Made by a program: the position numbers and the translations under genes
The notes under the pieces: model-generated
Database searches by the model: none
Told to the model about the DNA's origin: nothing
What the model saw: only the letters and a program-made list of their open reading frames with translations
NCBI GenBank assembly: GCA_963674735.2
Contig: CAXXQS010000001.1
Location: 1,472,001 to 1,536,000 of the forward strand
Direction of reading: 5' to 3'
DNA length: 64,000 nucleotides
From: Myxococcota bacterium
GTDB taxonomy: Bacteria > Myxococcota_A > SURF-8
In this document: in pieces, positions 1 through 11,410 of the stretch
Position numbering within the stretch: the first letter of the stretch is position 1
Layout of the letters: each line of letters starts with the position of its first letter

Positions 1-1
1 C

Positions 2-175
2 GGAGGCCTGATCCCACTGGCTTTGTTCGGCGGCGTGCTCTGGCGCGGAATGGCCAGCGCCATGATTTTCGGGTTGGCTTTGGCTACCGTGCTGACCTTG
101 GTGCTGATTCCCGTGCTCTTCTTTGCCGTCTTCCGCGTCGGCTACAATTTCAAGCAGGAAAACGGCCATTCATAA
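2..175 (+). CDS. C-terminal fragment of an RND (AcrB-family) permease, truncated by the window edge
   Basis: Frame 2 reads GGLIPLALFGGVLWRGMASAMIFGLALATVLTLVLIPVLFF...*, typical of the last two TM helices of RND permeases; TAA at 173-175. Confidence 0.8.
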   Translation, partial: GGLIPLALFGGVLWRGMASAMIFGLALATVLTLVLIPVLFFAVFRVGYNFKQENGHS

Positions 176-385
176 AAGCGATTCGTGGCAAACAACCTCG
201 TCTGCCTGCCTTGTCTTTGAGAGAAAAGTCGTTCGCAAACGCGCTGCGCACTCCGTTTCGGAGAAACGGTGGCGCGATTTGCGTCTCTCAAGCATTATTA
301 ACGGAATGCAGGAACTTCCATCCCCCTCTAACCCCATGAATATGAACGTATTTACCTAAACCATCGAAACGAAGTGAGGTGCTTC

Positions 386-778
386 ATGGGCTTGAAAGAG
401 TATTTCAGTACAACCAAGGGACTGGGAGTCTTTTCCTCCGCGAACACGACTGGCGAAGTTAATTCCGCCGTGTATTCGAGGCCTTACGTAATCGACGACC
501 AAACCGTCGCTTTTTTGATGACACCCAAGCTCAGTTACGAAAACATCAAATCGAACGGTCACGCCTCGTACTTGTTCAAAGAAGACAACCCCGGCTATCG
601 CGGGAAGCGTCTGACACTGACGTACAAAGAAGAAGAAAAAGATCCGGCCAAAGTCGATGCCTTTCGCAAAGCCAACAGCGGCGATGATCTCTATGAGCGC
701 TATCGTGATACCGAGGCCGCCTTGGTGACATTTACCGTCACCAGCACCCGGCCCCTGGTCGGCAGTGCTGAAAAGTAA
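386..778 (+). CDS. Pyridoxamine 5'-phosphate oxidase-like FMN-binding protein
   Basis: GVFSSAN..GEVNSAVYSRP and SYENIKSNGHASYLF pattern; ATG at 386 after GAGGT. Confidence 0.75.
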   Translation: MGLKEYFSTTKGLGVFSSANTTGEVNSAVYSRPYVIDDQTVAFLMTPKLSYENIKSNGHASYLFKEDNPGYRGKRLTLTYKEEEKDPAKVDAFRKANSGDDLYERYRDTEAALVTFTVTSTRPLVGSAEK

Positions 779-798
779 CCTCGCCTTTCACTGTAAAT

Positions 799-838
799 CC
801 GGCGGACCGCTCCCAGTGGGCGGTCCTGCCGGTTATTT
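799..838 (+). terminator. Probable intrinsic terminator
   Basis: Imperfect GC-rich stem CCGGCGGACCGC...GCGGTCCTGCCGG followed by TTATTT, 20 bp after the stop codon. Confidence 0.55.
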
Positions 839-1081
839 CGCTTTGCCTCCCTGTATCCCTTCGAATTCAATCCCGCAAGTTGTTTTGCCCTCTCGGAAGT
901 CGCTCGTTTGCAGCATAAATAAAAGATCCGTTGGGGGCTTGTTTTTCCGACGAAATCCCAACATGGACACCTTTCCTGAAGTATTACACATAAACGGTAT
1001 GATTGACCTTGCATTTTCACCAAAACTATGCGATGAAGCCCCCCTTAACGACCTTCTGCTTTAGGATCGGAAACGGATATT

Positions 1082-2926
1082 ATGACGGCTAAAACTCAAG
1101 TTTCACGAACACGCGACAACATTCGAAACATCGCAATCATCGCTCACGTCGATCACGGAAAAACCACGCTGGTCGATCGCATGCTCGAACAATCCGGCAG
1201 CTTGAAGCGTAACGAAGCCGGTATCGATCGCGCCATGGACTCCAACAGTCTCGAACGCGAACGCGGCATCACGATTCTCTCTAAATGCACCTCCATGGAC
1301 GTGGGCGACCTGCATATCAACGTCGTCGACACCCCCGGCCACACGGATTTCGGCGGCGAAGTCGAGCGCGTGATGCGCATGGTCGACTCCGTGCTGCTGC
1401 TCGTCGATGCCTTCGATGGCCCCATGCCGCAAACCCGTTTCGTGACCCAGAAAGCCTTGGCACGCGGCCTCAAACCGATCGTCGTCATCAATAAAATCGA
1501 CCGCGACGGATGCGACCCGGACGGCGCCATGGACGAAGTCTTCGAGTTGTTCGTCTCATTGGACGCCACAGACGAACAGCTAGACTTTCCGGTGGTTTAC
1601 GCCTCGGCCAAACAAGGTTACGCCGTCAAGAATTTGAGCGATGAACCCAAAGATCTCGGTCCCCTGTTCGATGTCATACGCGAGAATGTAAAGCCCCCGG
1701 AAATTGACGAAGACCAGACTCCGGCCCTGCAGGTCGCCACCTTTACCCACGACGATTATCTAGGAGCCATGGCGACCGGTCGCGTCGCCTCCGGTTCGTT
1801 CAAACAAAACGACCAAGTGCTTCTGGTGCGTCGCGACGGTTCCCGCGAAGAATTCCGCATCACACGCATTCTCGGCTTTCGCGGCTTAAATCGCTTCGAT
1901 CTCGATAAGGCGATGGCCGGTGATATCGTCACCCTTACCGGCATGAGCGAACTCAACGTGGGTGAAACGATCACCTCGATCGAAAATCCGCGTGTTCTGC
2001 CCCTACTGGAAATCGACGCTCCGACCGTCAGCATGGCTTTTCGTGCGAACACCGGACCCTTTTCGGGCAAAGAAGGGACGCATGTCACCAGCCAGAACCT
2101 CAAAGAACGCCTGGAACGCGAAATTCGCTCCAATGTATCCCTTCGGGTCACGCCCACCGAAGCCGCCGATACCTTCATCGTCAGCGGACGCGGGGAACTG
2201 CACTTGTCCGTCCTTATCGAGACGATGCGACGTGAAGGTTATGAATTCATGGTCTCGCGACCGGAAGTCGTGATCAAGTACGACGAGAAAGAGCGTCAAC
2301 TCGAACCCTACGAATCGGTGGTGGCTGACGTCAACAACGAGCACGCCGGTGTCGTGATCGACGCTCTGAATCGCCGTGGCGGTCGCATCGGTGGAATGCG
2401 CGAGATGCGCGGAGGCCGGACAAGACTCGATTTCACCGTCCCGACACGCGGTCTGATCGGCTATCGATCCCAGTTTATGACCGATACGCGCGGGATGGGA
2501 ATCTTGAGCCACGTCTTTCTCGAATACGGTCCGCATCTCGGTCCCATGAAAGGACGCGCCAGCGGGGCGATTGTTTCCCAGGATACCTGCACCTGCGTCA
2601 CCTTCGGGCTATGGAAGCTGCAAGACCGCGGGATGTTCTTCGTAACGGCGGGCGACCAGGTCTATGCCGGACAAGTGGTCGGCGAACGCAACCGCACGGA
2701 CGACATCATTGTCAATCCCGGAAAAAGTAAAAAACTCACCAACATGCGAGCCTCGGCTGCCGATGAAAAGAATTTCCTCAAACCGCACCGCGTTTTAAGC
2801 ATCGAAGACGCCATCGAGTTCATCAACGACGACGAGTATGTGGAATTCACGCCGAAATCCATTCGCATCCGCAAGCGTTTTCTCGATCACAACGACCGCA
2901 AACGCAGCGAGCGCGGAAAGGTCTAA
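1082..2926 (+). CDS. typA: Translational GTPase TypA/BipA
   Basis: [40 protein letters not shown]; C-terminal KKLTNMRAS and [11 protein letters not shown]. Confidence 0.97.
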   Translation: MTAKTQVSRTRDNIRNIAIIAHVDHGKTTLVDRMLEQSGSLKRNEAGIDRAMDSNSLERERGITILSKCTSMDVGDLHINVVDTPGHTDFGGEVERVMRMVDSVLLLVDAFDGPMPQTRFVTQKALARGLKPIVVINKIDRDGCDPDGAMDEVFELFVSLDATDEQLDFPVVYASAKQGYAVKNLSDEPKDLGPLFDVIRENVKPPEIDEDQTPALQVATFTHDDYLGAMATGRVASGSFKQNDQVLLVRRDGSREEFRITRILGFRGLNRFDLDKAMAGDIVTLTGMSELNVGETITSIENPRVLPLLEIDAPTVSMAFRANTGPFSGKEGTHVTSQNLKERLEREIRSNVSLRVTPTEAADTFIVSGRGELHLSVLIETMRREGYEFMVSRPEVVIKYDEKERQLEPYESVVADVNNEHAGVVIDALNRRGGRIGGMREMRGGRTRLDFTVPTRGLIGYRSQFMTDTRGMGILSHVFLEYGPHLGPMKGRASGAIVSQDTCTCVTFGLWKLQDRGMFFVTAGDQVYAGQVVGERNRTDDIIVNPGKSKKLTNMRASAADEKNFLKPHRVLSIEDAIEFINDDEYVEFTPKSIRIRKRFLDHNDRKRSERGKV

Positions 2927-2983
2927 CGCGCCAAGTCAGATCTAGTTTTACATGGCAATAATGGGGGTAGAATCGAAGCGGGA

Positions 2984-3436
2984 TCAACCCTCACGCATGA
3001 GGGCGTTGACCATTTCGTCAAGTTTCGACAAAAAGCGGGATTTATCCCGTTGCTGCATCGGCCTGGGACCGCCGCTGATAACTCCCATGTCGCGAAGATG
3101 CGAGTTCAACTCGCGTGCGGCCAAAGCATCCCCGATCGATTCTTCCGTAAATTCACGACCTTTCGCGCCTAATACCCGAGAACCGGCCTTGATGCAACGA
3201 TCCGCGAGCGGAATATCCGAGGTTATCACGAGATCATGTTTTTTAACATGTTCGGCAATCCAGTCGTCGGCCGCATCGAAGTTGGCTTCCACCACGACGG
3301 GTTCGATCAGGTCGGATTTCGGGGTGTTCTGGTAGCGGTTGGCGACCACAAACACTTTCAATCGATAGCGCTGGGCGACCTTGTAAACCTCGCTTTTCAC
3401 GGAACACCCATCGGCATCAATGTAGATTTCAGTCAT
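2984..3436 (-). CDS. YaiI/YqxD (DUF188) family protein
   Basis: IYIDADGCSVK, DAADDWI, VITSDIPLA, GGPRP motifs. Confidence 0.9.
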   Translation of the reverse strand: MTEIYIDADGCSVKSEVYKVAQRYRLKVFVVANRYQNTPKSDLIEPVVVEANFDAADDWIAEHVKKHDLVITSDIPLADRCIKAGSRVLGAKGREFTEESIGDALAARELNSHLRDMGVISGGPRPMQQRDKSRFLSKLDEMVNALMREG

Positions 3437-3807
3437 TTTTAAGGGCTCGCTATGTAAAAGGCCGCCGTCTCGTTGCGTGTTTCGCCTCGATATTTACAGG
3501 TTTACTCCTTTGGGAGACCAGTCGGCAAGTGTTTTTATCTACCTTGCACGGTTATAGCCGGTTTCGTTCTTCTCCTGTAAATCGAATAGAATCGGATGCG
3601 AATCGATCAACACAAAAGCGAAAGCCTGGAACTGACAAATAACTCATGAAATCGAAGCGATAAGCCGAATTCATCTTGTAACATTCAGACTTTGGGCTCG
3701 TCATGCATGATGTGTTGCGTTTTGTACCGGAAAAGTCTTCAATTGGGCTGCCCTAATAGGTTACAGTAATTCGATTTCATCCAGTTCCGAAACGGGAGTT
3801 GACCAAG

Positions 3808-5106
3808 ATGCCGCAAAGACCGCTAGCCAAAGTATTGTTATTCATCGGTATTCTCCTTATTGGAATAGCCTTGTTCGCCTATATGGTCGCGACGAAAAAA
3901 GCGCCGTCCAAAAAGCACTCGGCTTCTCTCAATATTTCCGTGGCAACCATTCCGGCCATATCGTCGGAAAGCGAGGTGGTTGTCAGCGCCATGGGCAGTG
4001 TCATTCCGTCGCGAAGCGTGACGATTCTTCCGCAAGTTACCGGAAAAATCACACAGGTCGACAAGAAGCTGGTTCCGGGTGGGCTTTTCAAAAAGGGCCA
4101 AATCATCGCGAAAATCGATCCCAGCGACTACAACCTGGCCGTGCGGGCGCAAGAATCCAATGTGGCCCTGGCCCGTCAGAATCTCGCGATGGAGGAAGGG
4201 AATCACGCCGCCGCCAAGATCGAATGGAGTCTCATCGAAGACAACATCCAGCCGACCGAGGCCGGTAAACGGCTCGCCATGCGCGATATTCAGTTGGAAA
4301 GCGCCAAAACCGCCCTGAAATCCGCCCAAAGCAGCCTGGAGAAAGCGCAACTCGACCGCTCCCGTACAACGATCCGCGCCCCCTTCAATGCTTTCGTCAC
4401 GGAAAAAAATATCGACATCGGCCAAGTCGTCTCCGGGCAAACTCCGATCGTGACCCTGGTGGACAGCGACACGTCCTGGGTGCAGGTGTATGTGCCTCTG
4501 CAAAAACTGCGCTGGATTGTCATTCCAGGTGTGAACGGAGACGTAGGCTCGCGGGCACGCATCATTCAAGATGCGGGGGGTGGACAAATCGAGCGGGAAG
4601 GCCGGGTCATCAAGTTGTTGGCCGACCTCGACGCCAAAGGCAAAACCGCCCGTTTGCTGATCGAAATCAAGGATCCGTTCGCACTTGACGAATCCACGAA
4701 AATCAACGTTGAGGATAATAAGGCACTCAACAAGCTGCCCTTGCTGCTTGGATCGTATGTCAAAGTGCTGTTCGAGGGACAAACCCAATCCGGTATCTTC
4801 GCCCTTCCGGAGGGAGTCTTACGCGAGGAAAGCAAGGTCTGGGTCCGTAGCGCCGAAGGTCGGCTCAATATCCGGCAAGTCAAGCTTTTATGGCGCGCCG
4901 ATGGAAAGGCTTATGTACAGGGCGATTTGTCAGACGGCGATCGCATCATCACTTCCCGAATTCAGCTACCCGTCGAAGGCATGAAACTTTCGTTGATCGG
5001 CCAAACTCCCAGCCAGCCTAAGCCAAACAACGCAAAACATCCGGATCCGGACGTCGCGTCGTCATCCCGAATCGCCGCCCCCGCAGAGGATGGGACTCAG
5101 TTATGA
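3808..5106 (+). CDS. RND efflux periplasmic adaptor (MFP)
   Basis: N-terminal TM helix, PQVTGKI, alpha-hairpin, TTIRAPFNAFV; overlaps the permease start. Confidence 0.92.
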   Translation: MPQRPLAKVLLFIGILLIGIALFAYMVATKKAPSKKHSASLNISVATIPAISSESEVVVSAMGSVIPSRSVTILPQVTGKITQVDKKLVPGGLFKKGQIIAKIDPSDYNLAVRAQESNVALARQNLAMEEGNHAAAKIEWSLIEDNIQPTEAGKRLAMRDIQLESAKTALKSAQSSLEKAQLDRSRTTIRAPFNAFVTEKNIDIGQVVSGQTPIVTLVDSDTSWVQVYVPLQKLRWIVIPGVNGDVGSRARIIQDAGGGQIEREGRVIKLLADLDAKGKTARLLIEIKDPFALDESTKINVEDNKALNKLPLLLGSYVKVLFEGQTQSGIFALPEGVLREESKVWVRSAEGRLNIRQVKLLWRADGKAYVQGDLSDGDRIITSRIQLPVEGMKLSLIGQTPSQPKPNNAKHPDPDVASSSRIAAPAEDGTQL

Positions 5107-8100
5107 GACGGCAAGATCTTTACAAGGGATCGACATCCTGGATGGCGCGCAATCCGGTTGCGGCCAACCTGTTGATGATGATGCTGTTGATCGGCGGATT
5201 TTTGATGAGCCAATCGATCAACAAGGAAGTGTTCCCGCAAATCGAACTCGATATGGTGACGATCTCGATCGCGTATCCGGGAGCCAGCCCGGAGGAGATC
5301 GAGCGTGGGCTGTTGCAGTCGATCGAAGAAGCGGTGCGCCCCATCGACGGCGTGAAGAAAGTCACCAGCGTCGCCTCCGAAGGCATGGCCAGTGTCCGAG
5401 TCGAACTCGAAGAAGGAACCAACCGCAGCAAAGCCCTGAACGACGTCCAAAGTGCGGTCGACCGTATCACCTCCTTTCCGGAAGGTATCGAAACGCCGGT
5501 TATCGCCATGCCGGATCGCAGTTCCGAAGCAATCAGTCTCCTGATATACGGCGATGTGGACGAAAAGGCCTTGCGGTCTTACGGGGAGCGGATCCGCGAT
5601 GAACTGCTGGGATTGCCGCAAGTCACCAGCGTCGAAATGAAAGGCGTGCGCAATCTCGAAATCGGGATCGAAGTCACGCAGGAAAAACTACGTGAATTCG
5701 GTTTGACGACCCAGGCCATCGCCGAACAAATTCGCCGTTCGGCGATTGAAACACCGGGAGGCGGAGTCAAAACCAATGGCGGCGATATCCTCTTGCGCAC
5801 GCAGGAGCGTCGGGATTACGGCCACGAATTCGCCAACATCCCCATCGTTTACGGCAACAACGAAGCGCAGGTCGAACTTGGCCGGATCGCAACGATCACA
5901 GACGGCTTCGAAGAAAGCGACATCGCCGGATTTTTCAACGGAAAACCGGCGCTGATTCTGGATGTCGCGAGCGTGGGCGAACAGTCGCCGACGGCCGTCG
6001 CGGAATCGGTAAAGGAATACGCGCGGGAGTTAAAGCATAAATTACCGGATGGCATCTCGGCGGTAACCTGGAACGACCGGGCCAAGTTGTTCGATGAGCG
6101 CTTATCGCTTCTGTTGCGCAACGCCGCGTTGGGGTTGTCTTTAGCGCTTTTGATTCTGGGCTTGTTTTTGGAGCCGCGCTTGGCTTTCTGGGTAAGTTTG
6201 GGCATTCCCGTCTCGTTTCTCGGTTCTTTTCTTTTCCTTCCGGCCATGGGCATTTCACTGAATATGATCTCCATGTTCGCGTTTCTCATCACGCTTGGAA
6301 TGGTGGTGGACGATGCAATCGTGATCGGCGAAAACATCTTCCATCTACGCAGCAAAGGCTATACGGCTCAGGAAGCTTCAATTCGCGGCGTACGCGACAT
6401 GGCGGTCCCGGTTTTCTTCTCTGTGGGAACGACCATCGCCGCTTTTGCTCCGTTGATGTTCATTCCCGGCATCTTCGGAAAAATCGCCTTTGCCATTCCG
6501 GTCATCGTGATTCTGGTTTTATTAATGTCGCTGGTTGAGTCGTTTTACATCCTCCCGGCCCACTTGTCGCATGTCCGCAAAAATGGTCACAGCGGTTTTC
6601 TGGGGAAATTCCTCGCTTTCCAAAAACATGTTTCCGCCGGTATGGAAGCGTTTATCGAAAACCGTTTCCGTCCGACTGTGAAGAAAACCGTCCGTCATCG
6701 TTGGATATCGGTTGCCGTGGCGACGGCGATTCTGCTTGGCACCGTCGGCCTGATCGCGGGCGGACGCATCAAGTATATCGATTTTCCCAAGGATGATACC
6801 GACCGGGTGCAGGTCTCCGCCTCCCTGCCCTTCGGCGTTGCCGTTCAGGAGACCGAACTTCTGATGCAACGTTTGATCGATGCGGCGAATCGCACGACCA
6901 AACAATATGGCGGCGATGCCATCAGTTTGGGTACCTTTGCCAAACTGGGGCAAGCCGCAGCGGGCGGGCACTTTGGCTCGGGCGCGACGGGCGGGCACCT
7001 GACTTCCGTCGAAGTGATGCTGGTTTCTCCCGATTTGCGCGATTTCAGCTCCAGCCAGTTCGCCCAAACCTGGCGCGAAGAACTCGGCGATACCAGCATG
7101 CTCGACAGCATCGTCTTCAGTTCATCGATGCATGGCACAAGAAAAGCCATTGATTTCGAAGTTTCGCATCCGGATACGGAAATCCTGCAAACCTGTGCTC
7201 GAAACATCGGGGAATACCTCGGAGAGTTCGCCGGTGTCAGCGATATCGACAACGGGATCGAAATGGGTAAATTTCAGTGGAACTTCAAGTTGAAGCCGGA
7301 AGGCAGTAACGCCGGTTTGACGGCAACGGATATCGCGGGACAAATGCGCAGCGCATTTTATGGCGCCGAAGCTTTTCGCCAGCAACGCGGACGCAATGAA
7401 ATCAAAGTGACTGTGCGTCTCACCCGTAAAGAACGCGAGACGCTCAACAGCGTCGGGGAGATGATGATCGCCACCCCGGCAGGCGGTGAAATGCCGCTAT
7501 CTCAAGCGGCTTCCGTCGATTACGGTCGAGCCTATACCTCGATCAACCGAAGCAACGGACAACGCGCCCTTCAAATCCAGGCGGCCGTCGATAACAGCAA
7601 AGCCAACCCCAGCGAAATCATGGACGCGCTTTTCATGCAGTACCTCCCCGATCTAGCTCGTCAGAATCCCGGGCTCAGTTTTTCACTGCGCGGCCGCCAG
7701 GAAGACATGAAGGATTTCGCCGAATTCATGAAAATCGGGTTCACCTTGGCGCTGTTGGCGATCTTCGGCATGATCGCCATTCCGCTCAAGAGCTACCTGC
7801 AACCCGTATTCGTGGTGATGGCCGCTATACCCTTCGGCTTCGTGGGTGCCGTTTTCGGTCATCTCTTGATGGGGTTGGATCTCAGCATCTTCAGCGTGAT
7901 GGGCATATTGGCCTTATCCGGGGTTGTCGTCAACGATTCGATTGTGTTCGTTCACACCGCCAATCAGCTTAAATCCGAAGGGCTGTCGGCAGAAAAAGCG
8001 GCCGTCGATGCGGCCTGTCGTCGCTTCCGTCCCATCTTCCTGACCACCGCCACCACCTTTTTCGGTTTGGCGCCGATGATCTTCGAAACGGATTTCTCCG

Positions 8101-8282
8101 CCCGTCTGATCATTCCCATGGCGGTCAGTCTGGGATTCGGCATCGTCATTGCCACCACGTTCGTCCTCCTGCTCGTTCCCGCTCTTTTCACGCTTATCGA
8201 AAACCTGCGCGATTATATGGGCAGCCGCAGAGAAGGAGACGCGGAAGCCGACCTTCCGCAGGCCGAGGAGCTGTTGTCATGA
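5103..8282 (+). CDS. RND efflux permease, AcrB/AcrD/AcrF family
   Basis: 1059 aa; YPGASPEEIE, GMVVDDAIVIGENI, RFRPIFLTTATT. Confidence 0.95.
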   Translation: MRRQDLYKGSTSWMARNPVAANLLMMMLLIGGFLMSQSINKEVFPQIELDMVTISIAYPGASPEEIERGLLQSIEEAVRPIDGVKKVTSVASEGMASVRVELEEGTNRSKALNDVQSAVDRITSFPEGIETPVIAMPDRSSEAISLLIYGDVDEKALRSYGERIRDELLGLPQVTSVEMKGVRNLEIGIEVTQEKLREFGLTTQAIAEQIRRSAIETPGGGVKTNGGDILLRTQERRDYGHEFANIPIVYGNNEAQVELGRIATITDGFEESDIAGFFNGKPALILDVASVGEQSPTAVAESVKEYARELKHKLPDGISAVTWNDRAKLFDERLSLLLRNAALGLSLALLILGLFLEPRLAFWVSLGIPVSFLGSFLFLPAMGISLNMISMFAFLITLGMVVDDAIVIGENIFHLRSKGYTAQEASIRGVRDMAVPVFFSVGTTIAAFAPLMFIPGIFGKIAFAIPVIVILVLLMSLVESFYILPAHLSHVRKNGHSGFLGKFLAFQKHVSAGMEAFIENRFRPTVKKTVRHRWISVAVATAILLGTVGLIAGGRIKYIDFPKDDTDRVQVSASLPFGVAVQETELLMQRLIDAANRTTKQYGGDAISLGTFAKLGQAAAGGHFGSGATGGHLTSVEVMLVSPDLRDFSSSQFAQTWREELGDTSMLDSIVFSSSMHGTRKAIDFEVSHPDTEILQTCARNIGEYLGEFAGVSDIDNGIEMGKFQWNFKLKPEGSNAGLTATDIAGQMRSAFYGAEAFRQQRGRNEIKVTVRLTRKERETLNSVGEMMIATPAGGEMPLSQAASVDYGRAYTSINRSNGQRALQIQAAVDNSKANPSEIMDALFMQYLPDLARQNPGLSFSLRGRQEDMKDFAEFMKIGFTLALLAIFGMIAIPLKSYLQPVFVVMAAIPFGFVGAVFGHLLMGLDLSIFSVMGILALSGVVVNDSIVFVHTANQLKSEGLSAEKAAVDAACRRFRPIFLTTATTFFGLAPMIFETDFSARLIIPMAVSLGFGIVIATTFVLLLVPALFTLIENLRDYMGSRREGDAEADLPQAEELLS

Positions 8283-9634
8283 AAAACAAACGATTACCGC
8301 TTGTGATTGTCGTTCTCGCCCTTCTTTTATTGGTGATTCCACTTTACGGACAAACCAAGACCACCGTTTCAAACGGCTCGGACATTCCCGCGATTACGCC
8401 GGGCGAGTCCATCAGCTTGCAACAAGCCTTGGATCTGGCCGACAAACGAAATCTGTCCTTGGCTCAAGTTAAAGTGGATATCCTAACCGCCGAAGCGAAG
8501 CTGAAGGCCTCCTGGGGTACGCTGATCCCCGATGTTTACGGCAACTTGTCCTACACCTTCAACGATCATGCGGATACGACCCTGAACAACGGTCAGTTGA
8601 TCGAAACCCGTGCGCGTCAGGATCTGGATGCCAATCTGCAAGTTACCGTTCCCCTGATCAATGCCCGCGTCTGGACGGGTGTATCCTCCGCCTCGACCGG
8701 TGTGGACCTCAGCCAGCTCAGCGCCGAGCAGCTCATGCAGGAATTGCATTTCAGCGTGGCCACCGCCTATTTGCAGGCCTTGACCGCCCGCTCCTTGATC
8801 GACGTGTACGCCAGCCAGCTCGAAGCCATCGAACGCCACCTGAAAGTGGCCGATTTCCGGCACCGTTCGGGCGTCGGGACACGCCTCGACGTTACGCGGT
8901 CGCAAAGCGATCGGGTCACGACGAAAGAGCAGTTGATCAAATCGCATTACGCCTTCGACAACGCTCGGGACGCCTTGGCGATATTGATCCGCGCCGATGT
9001 CCTTCCCATGCCGACAAGCACCGCACGGATCGACGAGTTGGACGTGGTGAACGATCGCGACCTGATGCAATCGACGATCACACGGCGCTACGATCTAAAA
9101 ATATCCGGCATGAATCTCAAGCTGGCCAAACAGCAGCATCTGACCAACTGGATGCAGTTCGTTCCCTCACTCAATGCATCCTGGCAGTGGTCCTACCAGA
9201 TAACGGATCCCGCCGCCAGTCAAGCCGGGCAGGACCGCTCGCGTTGGTTCGCCGGTCTGGTGCTTTCGGTCCCGCTCTTCGATTACAGCTTTTATCCGAA
9301 TATGAAAGAAACGCGCGCGGCCAAAGAACGCTTGCGTCTGGCTTATCAGCAAGCCGAAGATACCGCCAAGTTGGAAGTCCGCACGGCCCGCCGCAATTAC
9401 CAACAAGCCAGACGAATGGTGCAAACCAGTGACGAGAAGCTGAAAATCGCGCGGGAATCCCAGCGTCTGGCGGAAACCTATTACGAAAACGGAACGGGCA
9501 CCTCGCTGGACGTCGTCGACGCCAGGCGCACCTATCAAAACGCGCAGGTGGATCTGGAAATCAAGAAATTGGAAGAACAGCTCGGCTTGATCGACCTGCT
9601 ACGCGCCACCGGTCAGGATGTCGAAACACGCTGA
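8279..9634 (+). CDS. TolC-family outer membrane efflux protein
   Basis: Signal peptide, two OEP repeats (GVGTRLDV, GTGTSLDVVDA); third gene of the RND operon. Confidence 0.92.
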   Translation: MKNKRLPLVIVVLALLLLVIPLYGQTKTTVSNGSDIPAITPGESISLQQALDLADKRNLSLAQVKVDILTAEAKLKASWGTLIPDVYGNLSYTFNDHADTTLNNGQLIETRARQDLDANLQVTVPLINARVWTGVSSASTGVDLSQLSAEQLMQELHFSVATAYLQALTARSLIDVYASQLEAIERHLKVADFRHRSGVGTRLDVTRSQSDRVTTKEQLIKSHYAFDNARDALAILIRADVLPMPTSTARIDELDVVNDRDLMQSTITRRYDLKISGMNLKLAKQQHLTNWMQFVPSLNASWQWSYQITDPAASQAGQDRSRWFAGLVLSVPLFDYSFYPNMKETRAAKERLRLAYQQAEDTAKLEVRTARRNYQQARRMVQTSDEKLKIARESQRLAETYYENGTGTSLDVVDARRTYQNAQVDLEIKKLEEQLGLIDLLRATGQDVETR

Positions 9635-9694
9635 TCGCCAATCGGTTAGACTTGGCCCGGCCACACCCGAGCACGATCCCTCATGCGTCGGTTT

Positions 9695-11194
9695 TCAGTC
9701 TCCAGTCGGCGCACCCCAGTTCGTGAAGAACGATTCGTCGACAATATTGACTTTATAGGCAATGTGTAAAAGCGTGGTGTTGATCATTTCCCACACGATG
9801 TTGCCGTCCATGTCCACCTCGAAAACCCGGCCATTGGCCCCATCACAACTCATGATGCCCTGTGAGCTCAGCAGTGCATTGCCGTATCCCAAACAGAAGA
9901 AATCGGGATCTTCGCGATATTCCCAAGTTATTTCGGCGGTTTTTGCTTCGCCATCATAATCGACGATGATTACGCGTGTGTAGTCTTTTCCGGGCCGATG
10001 CAGGCCGTTATCGAAGATCAGCATGCGGCCGTCTTCGATGAAATTCGGATCGTGGCTGTGAGACCACAAACCTTCTCCGAAATCCCCGCCATCTCCCATA
10101 ATCCATTCGACCTCCCCGGAGGGATAGGCGATTTTGTAGAGGCGATTCAAGTTGCGCACGTTCAGGTAAATCGCACCCTCTTCCTCATCAAATGTCAAGG
10201 CGTTCGCGTGGGTCCAATCGTGCCCGATATCCCAATATACGTCATTGATGCATTGCCCGCAGAAGTCGCTGAACGGAACGTGATCTTCGATACGCCATTC
10301 CCAGGCCACCTCGTTGGTCTGCGGATCGCGGATGCGAATACCATCGGACAACAGGGGAAAGTCGTCGTTCATCATGATCTGTTCCCAGAAGAGATAGATC
10401 AGTTTTCCATCCGCCGTCAGGTCGATATCATGATGCGCCAGATCGTCATCATTGCGATAGAGGACCGATCCGTCGAGATCCATGATTTTGGACGCGGTCA
10501 GGGTAATCGCCGCCAACGTGCGATTTTCCTCGATCGGTTGTATCTCCGAAACCACCCCGTCTTCGATATCCTGCAGCGACCAGATCACCGTTCCGTCGCG
10601 TTTGATCGCCATCATGGCCGCATAAATATATTCCGTATCCAGGTAGTCCTGCACGTTCAGGATCATAACCTCGCCGGTATCATCGCCCTCAAAAGCATGG
10701 GTAATCTCCACACCGGTCAGCTTGCTCTGCTTGGTGGCGATCAGCGCCGTCTCGACAAATTCGGAGCAGCCCGTGTCATTGCAACTTTGAATCCGGTATT
10801 GGTAAGTCTGTTCGGGGGTCAACGCCAAATCCAGATAGCGGCCATGCGAGGCCGGACGACGCGCGATGGACTGATACGCTCCCGCGTCTCCCGTCCTGCG
10901 CTCGATGGCGATTTCAAGCCCGGCGGCGGCATCCGCCTGCCATTCAACCACAATGTTATGTGCGGAAATGGCCCGGGACGTCCCAAGCACGGGAAGCGTC
11001 GGTATTTCGTCATCCGCATCGCCATCGGGTTGTAGATCTTCCTCGTCGCCGTCGGATTCATCCGTACTTTGATCGTCGTCGCCGTCGCCGGGGTTATCGC
11101 GGTCTTGGCTCGAACTCGTATCGCAGCCCGAAACCGAAATCCAAAGAGCGAAATACAGGATGAAGAATGACATCAGCTTTACAGATCGTTTCAC
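9695..11194 (-). CDS. Aryl-sulfate sulfotransferase (ASST)-like lipoprotein with an FN3 domain
   Basis: GTG at 11194 after GAGAAGGA; lipobox VSGC; DGD linker; FN3-like segment LTPEQTYQYRI; ASST motifs HHDI, DWTHANAL, HSHDPNF, IFDNG, WEY. Confidence 0.8.
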   Translation of the reverse strand: MKRSVKLMSFFILYFALWISVSGCDTSSSQDRDNPGDGDDDQSTDESDGDEEDLQPDGDADDEIPTLPVLGTSRAISAHNIVVEWQADAAAGLEIAIERRTGDAGAYQSIARRPASHGRYLDLALTPEQTYQYRIQSCNDTGCSEFVETALIATKQSKLTGVEITHAFEGDDTGEVMILNVQDYLDTEYIYAAMMAIKRDGTVIWSLQDIEDGVVSEIQPIEENRTLAAITLTASKIMDLDGSVLYRNDDDLAHHDIDLTADGKLIYLFWEQIMMNDDFPLLSDGIRIRDPQTNEVAWEWRIEDHVPFSDFCGQCINDVYWDIGHDWTHANALTFDEEEGAIYLNVRNLNRLYKIAYPSGEVEWIMGDGGDFGEGLWSHSHDPNFIEDGRMLIFDNGLHRPGKDYTRVIIVDYDGEAKTAEITWEYREDPDFFCLGYGNALLSSQGIMSCDGANGRVFEVDMDGNIVWEMINTTLLHIAYKVNIVDESFFTNWGAPTGD

Positions 11195-11293
11195 TGTTTT
11201 TTCCTTCTCGATCGAGGTCGGGGTCCATTCAAGTCCGGTAGCGAGAAGCGAAGTGATTACCCGGCCGGAATAGCATGAACAGGCAAATTGTCC

Positions 11294-11363
11294 CGTCATT
11301 CCCGCGCAGGCGGGAATCCACAAGAAACTCAACGTATTAAATTCCCGTTTTCGCGGGGAGAAC
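11294..11363. repeat. CGTC-type REP element with a degenerate inverted partner
   Basis: CGTCATTCCCGCGCAGGCGGGAATCCA (11294-11320) and ATTCCCGTTTTCGCGGGGAGAAC (11341-11363), intergenic. Confidence 0.75.
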
Positions 11364-11410
11364 AGGGCCGAGTCGCAACGAGACTTCAACCCAGTCAATA
11401 GAATAAACGC

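Noticed and set aside
217-291. Integron attC site
   Set aside because: It lacks RYYYAAC/GTTRRRY ends and there is no cassette array.
11195-11398. N-terminal extension of the ASST ORF containing WIPACAGMT
   Set aside because: This is translated REP sequence; the likely start is GTG 11194, which has an RBS and a signal peptide.
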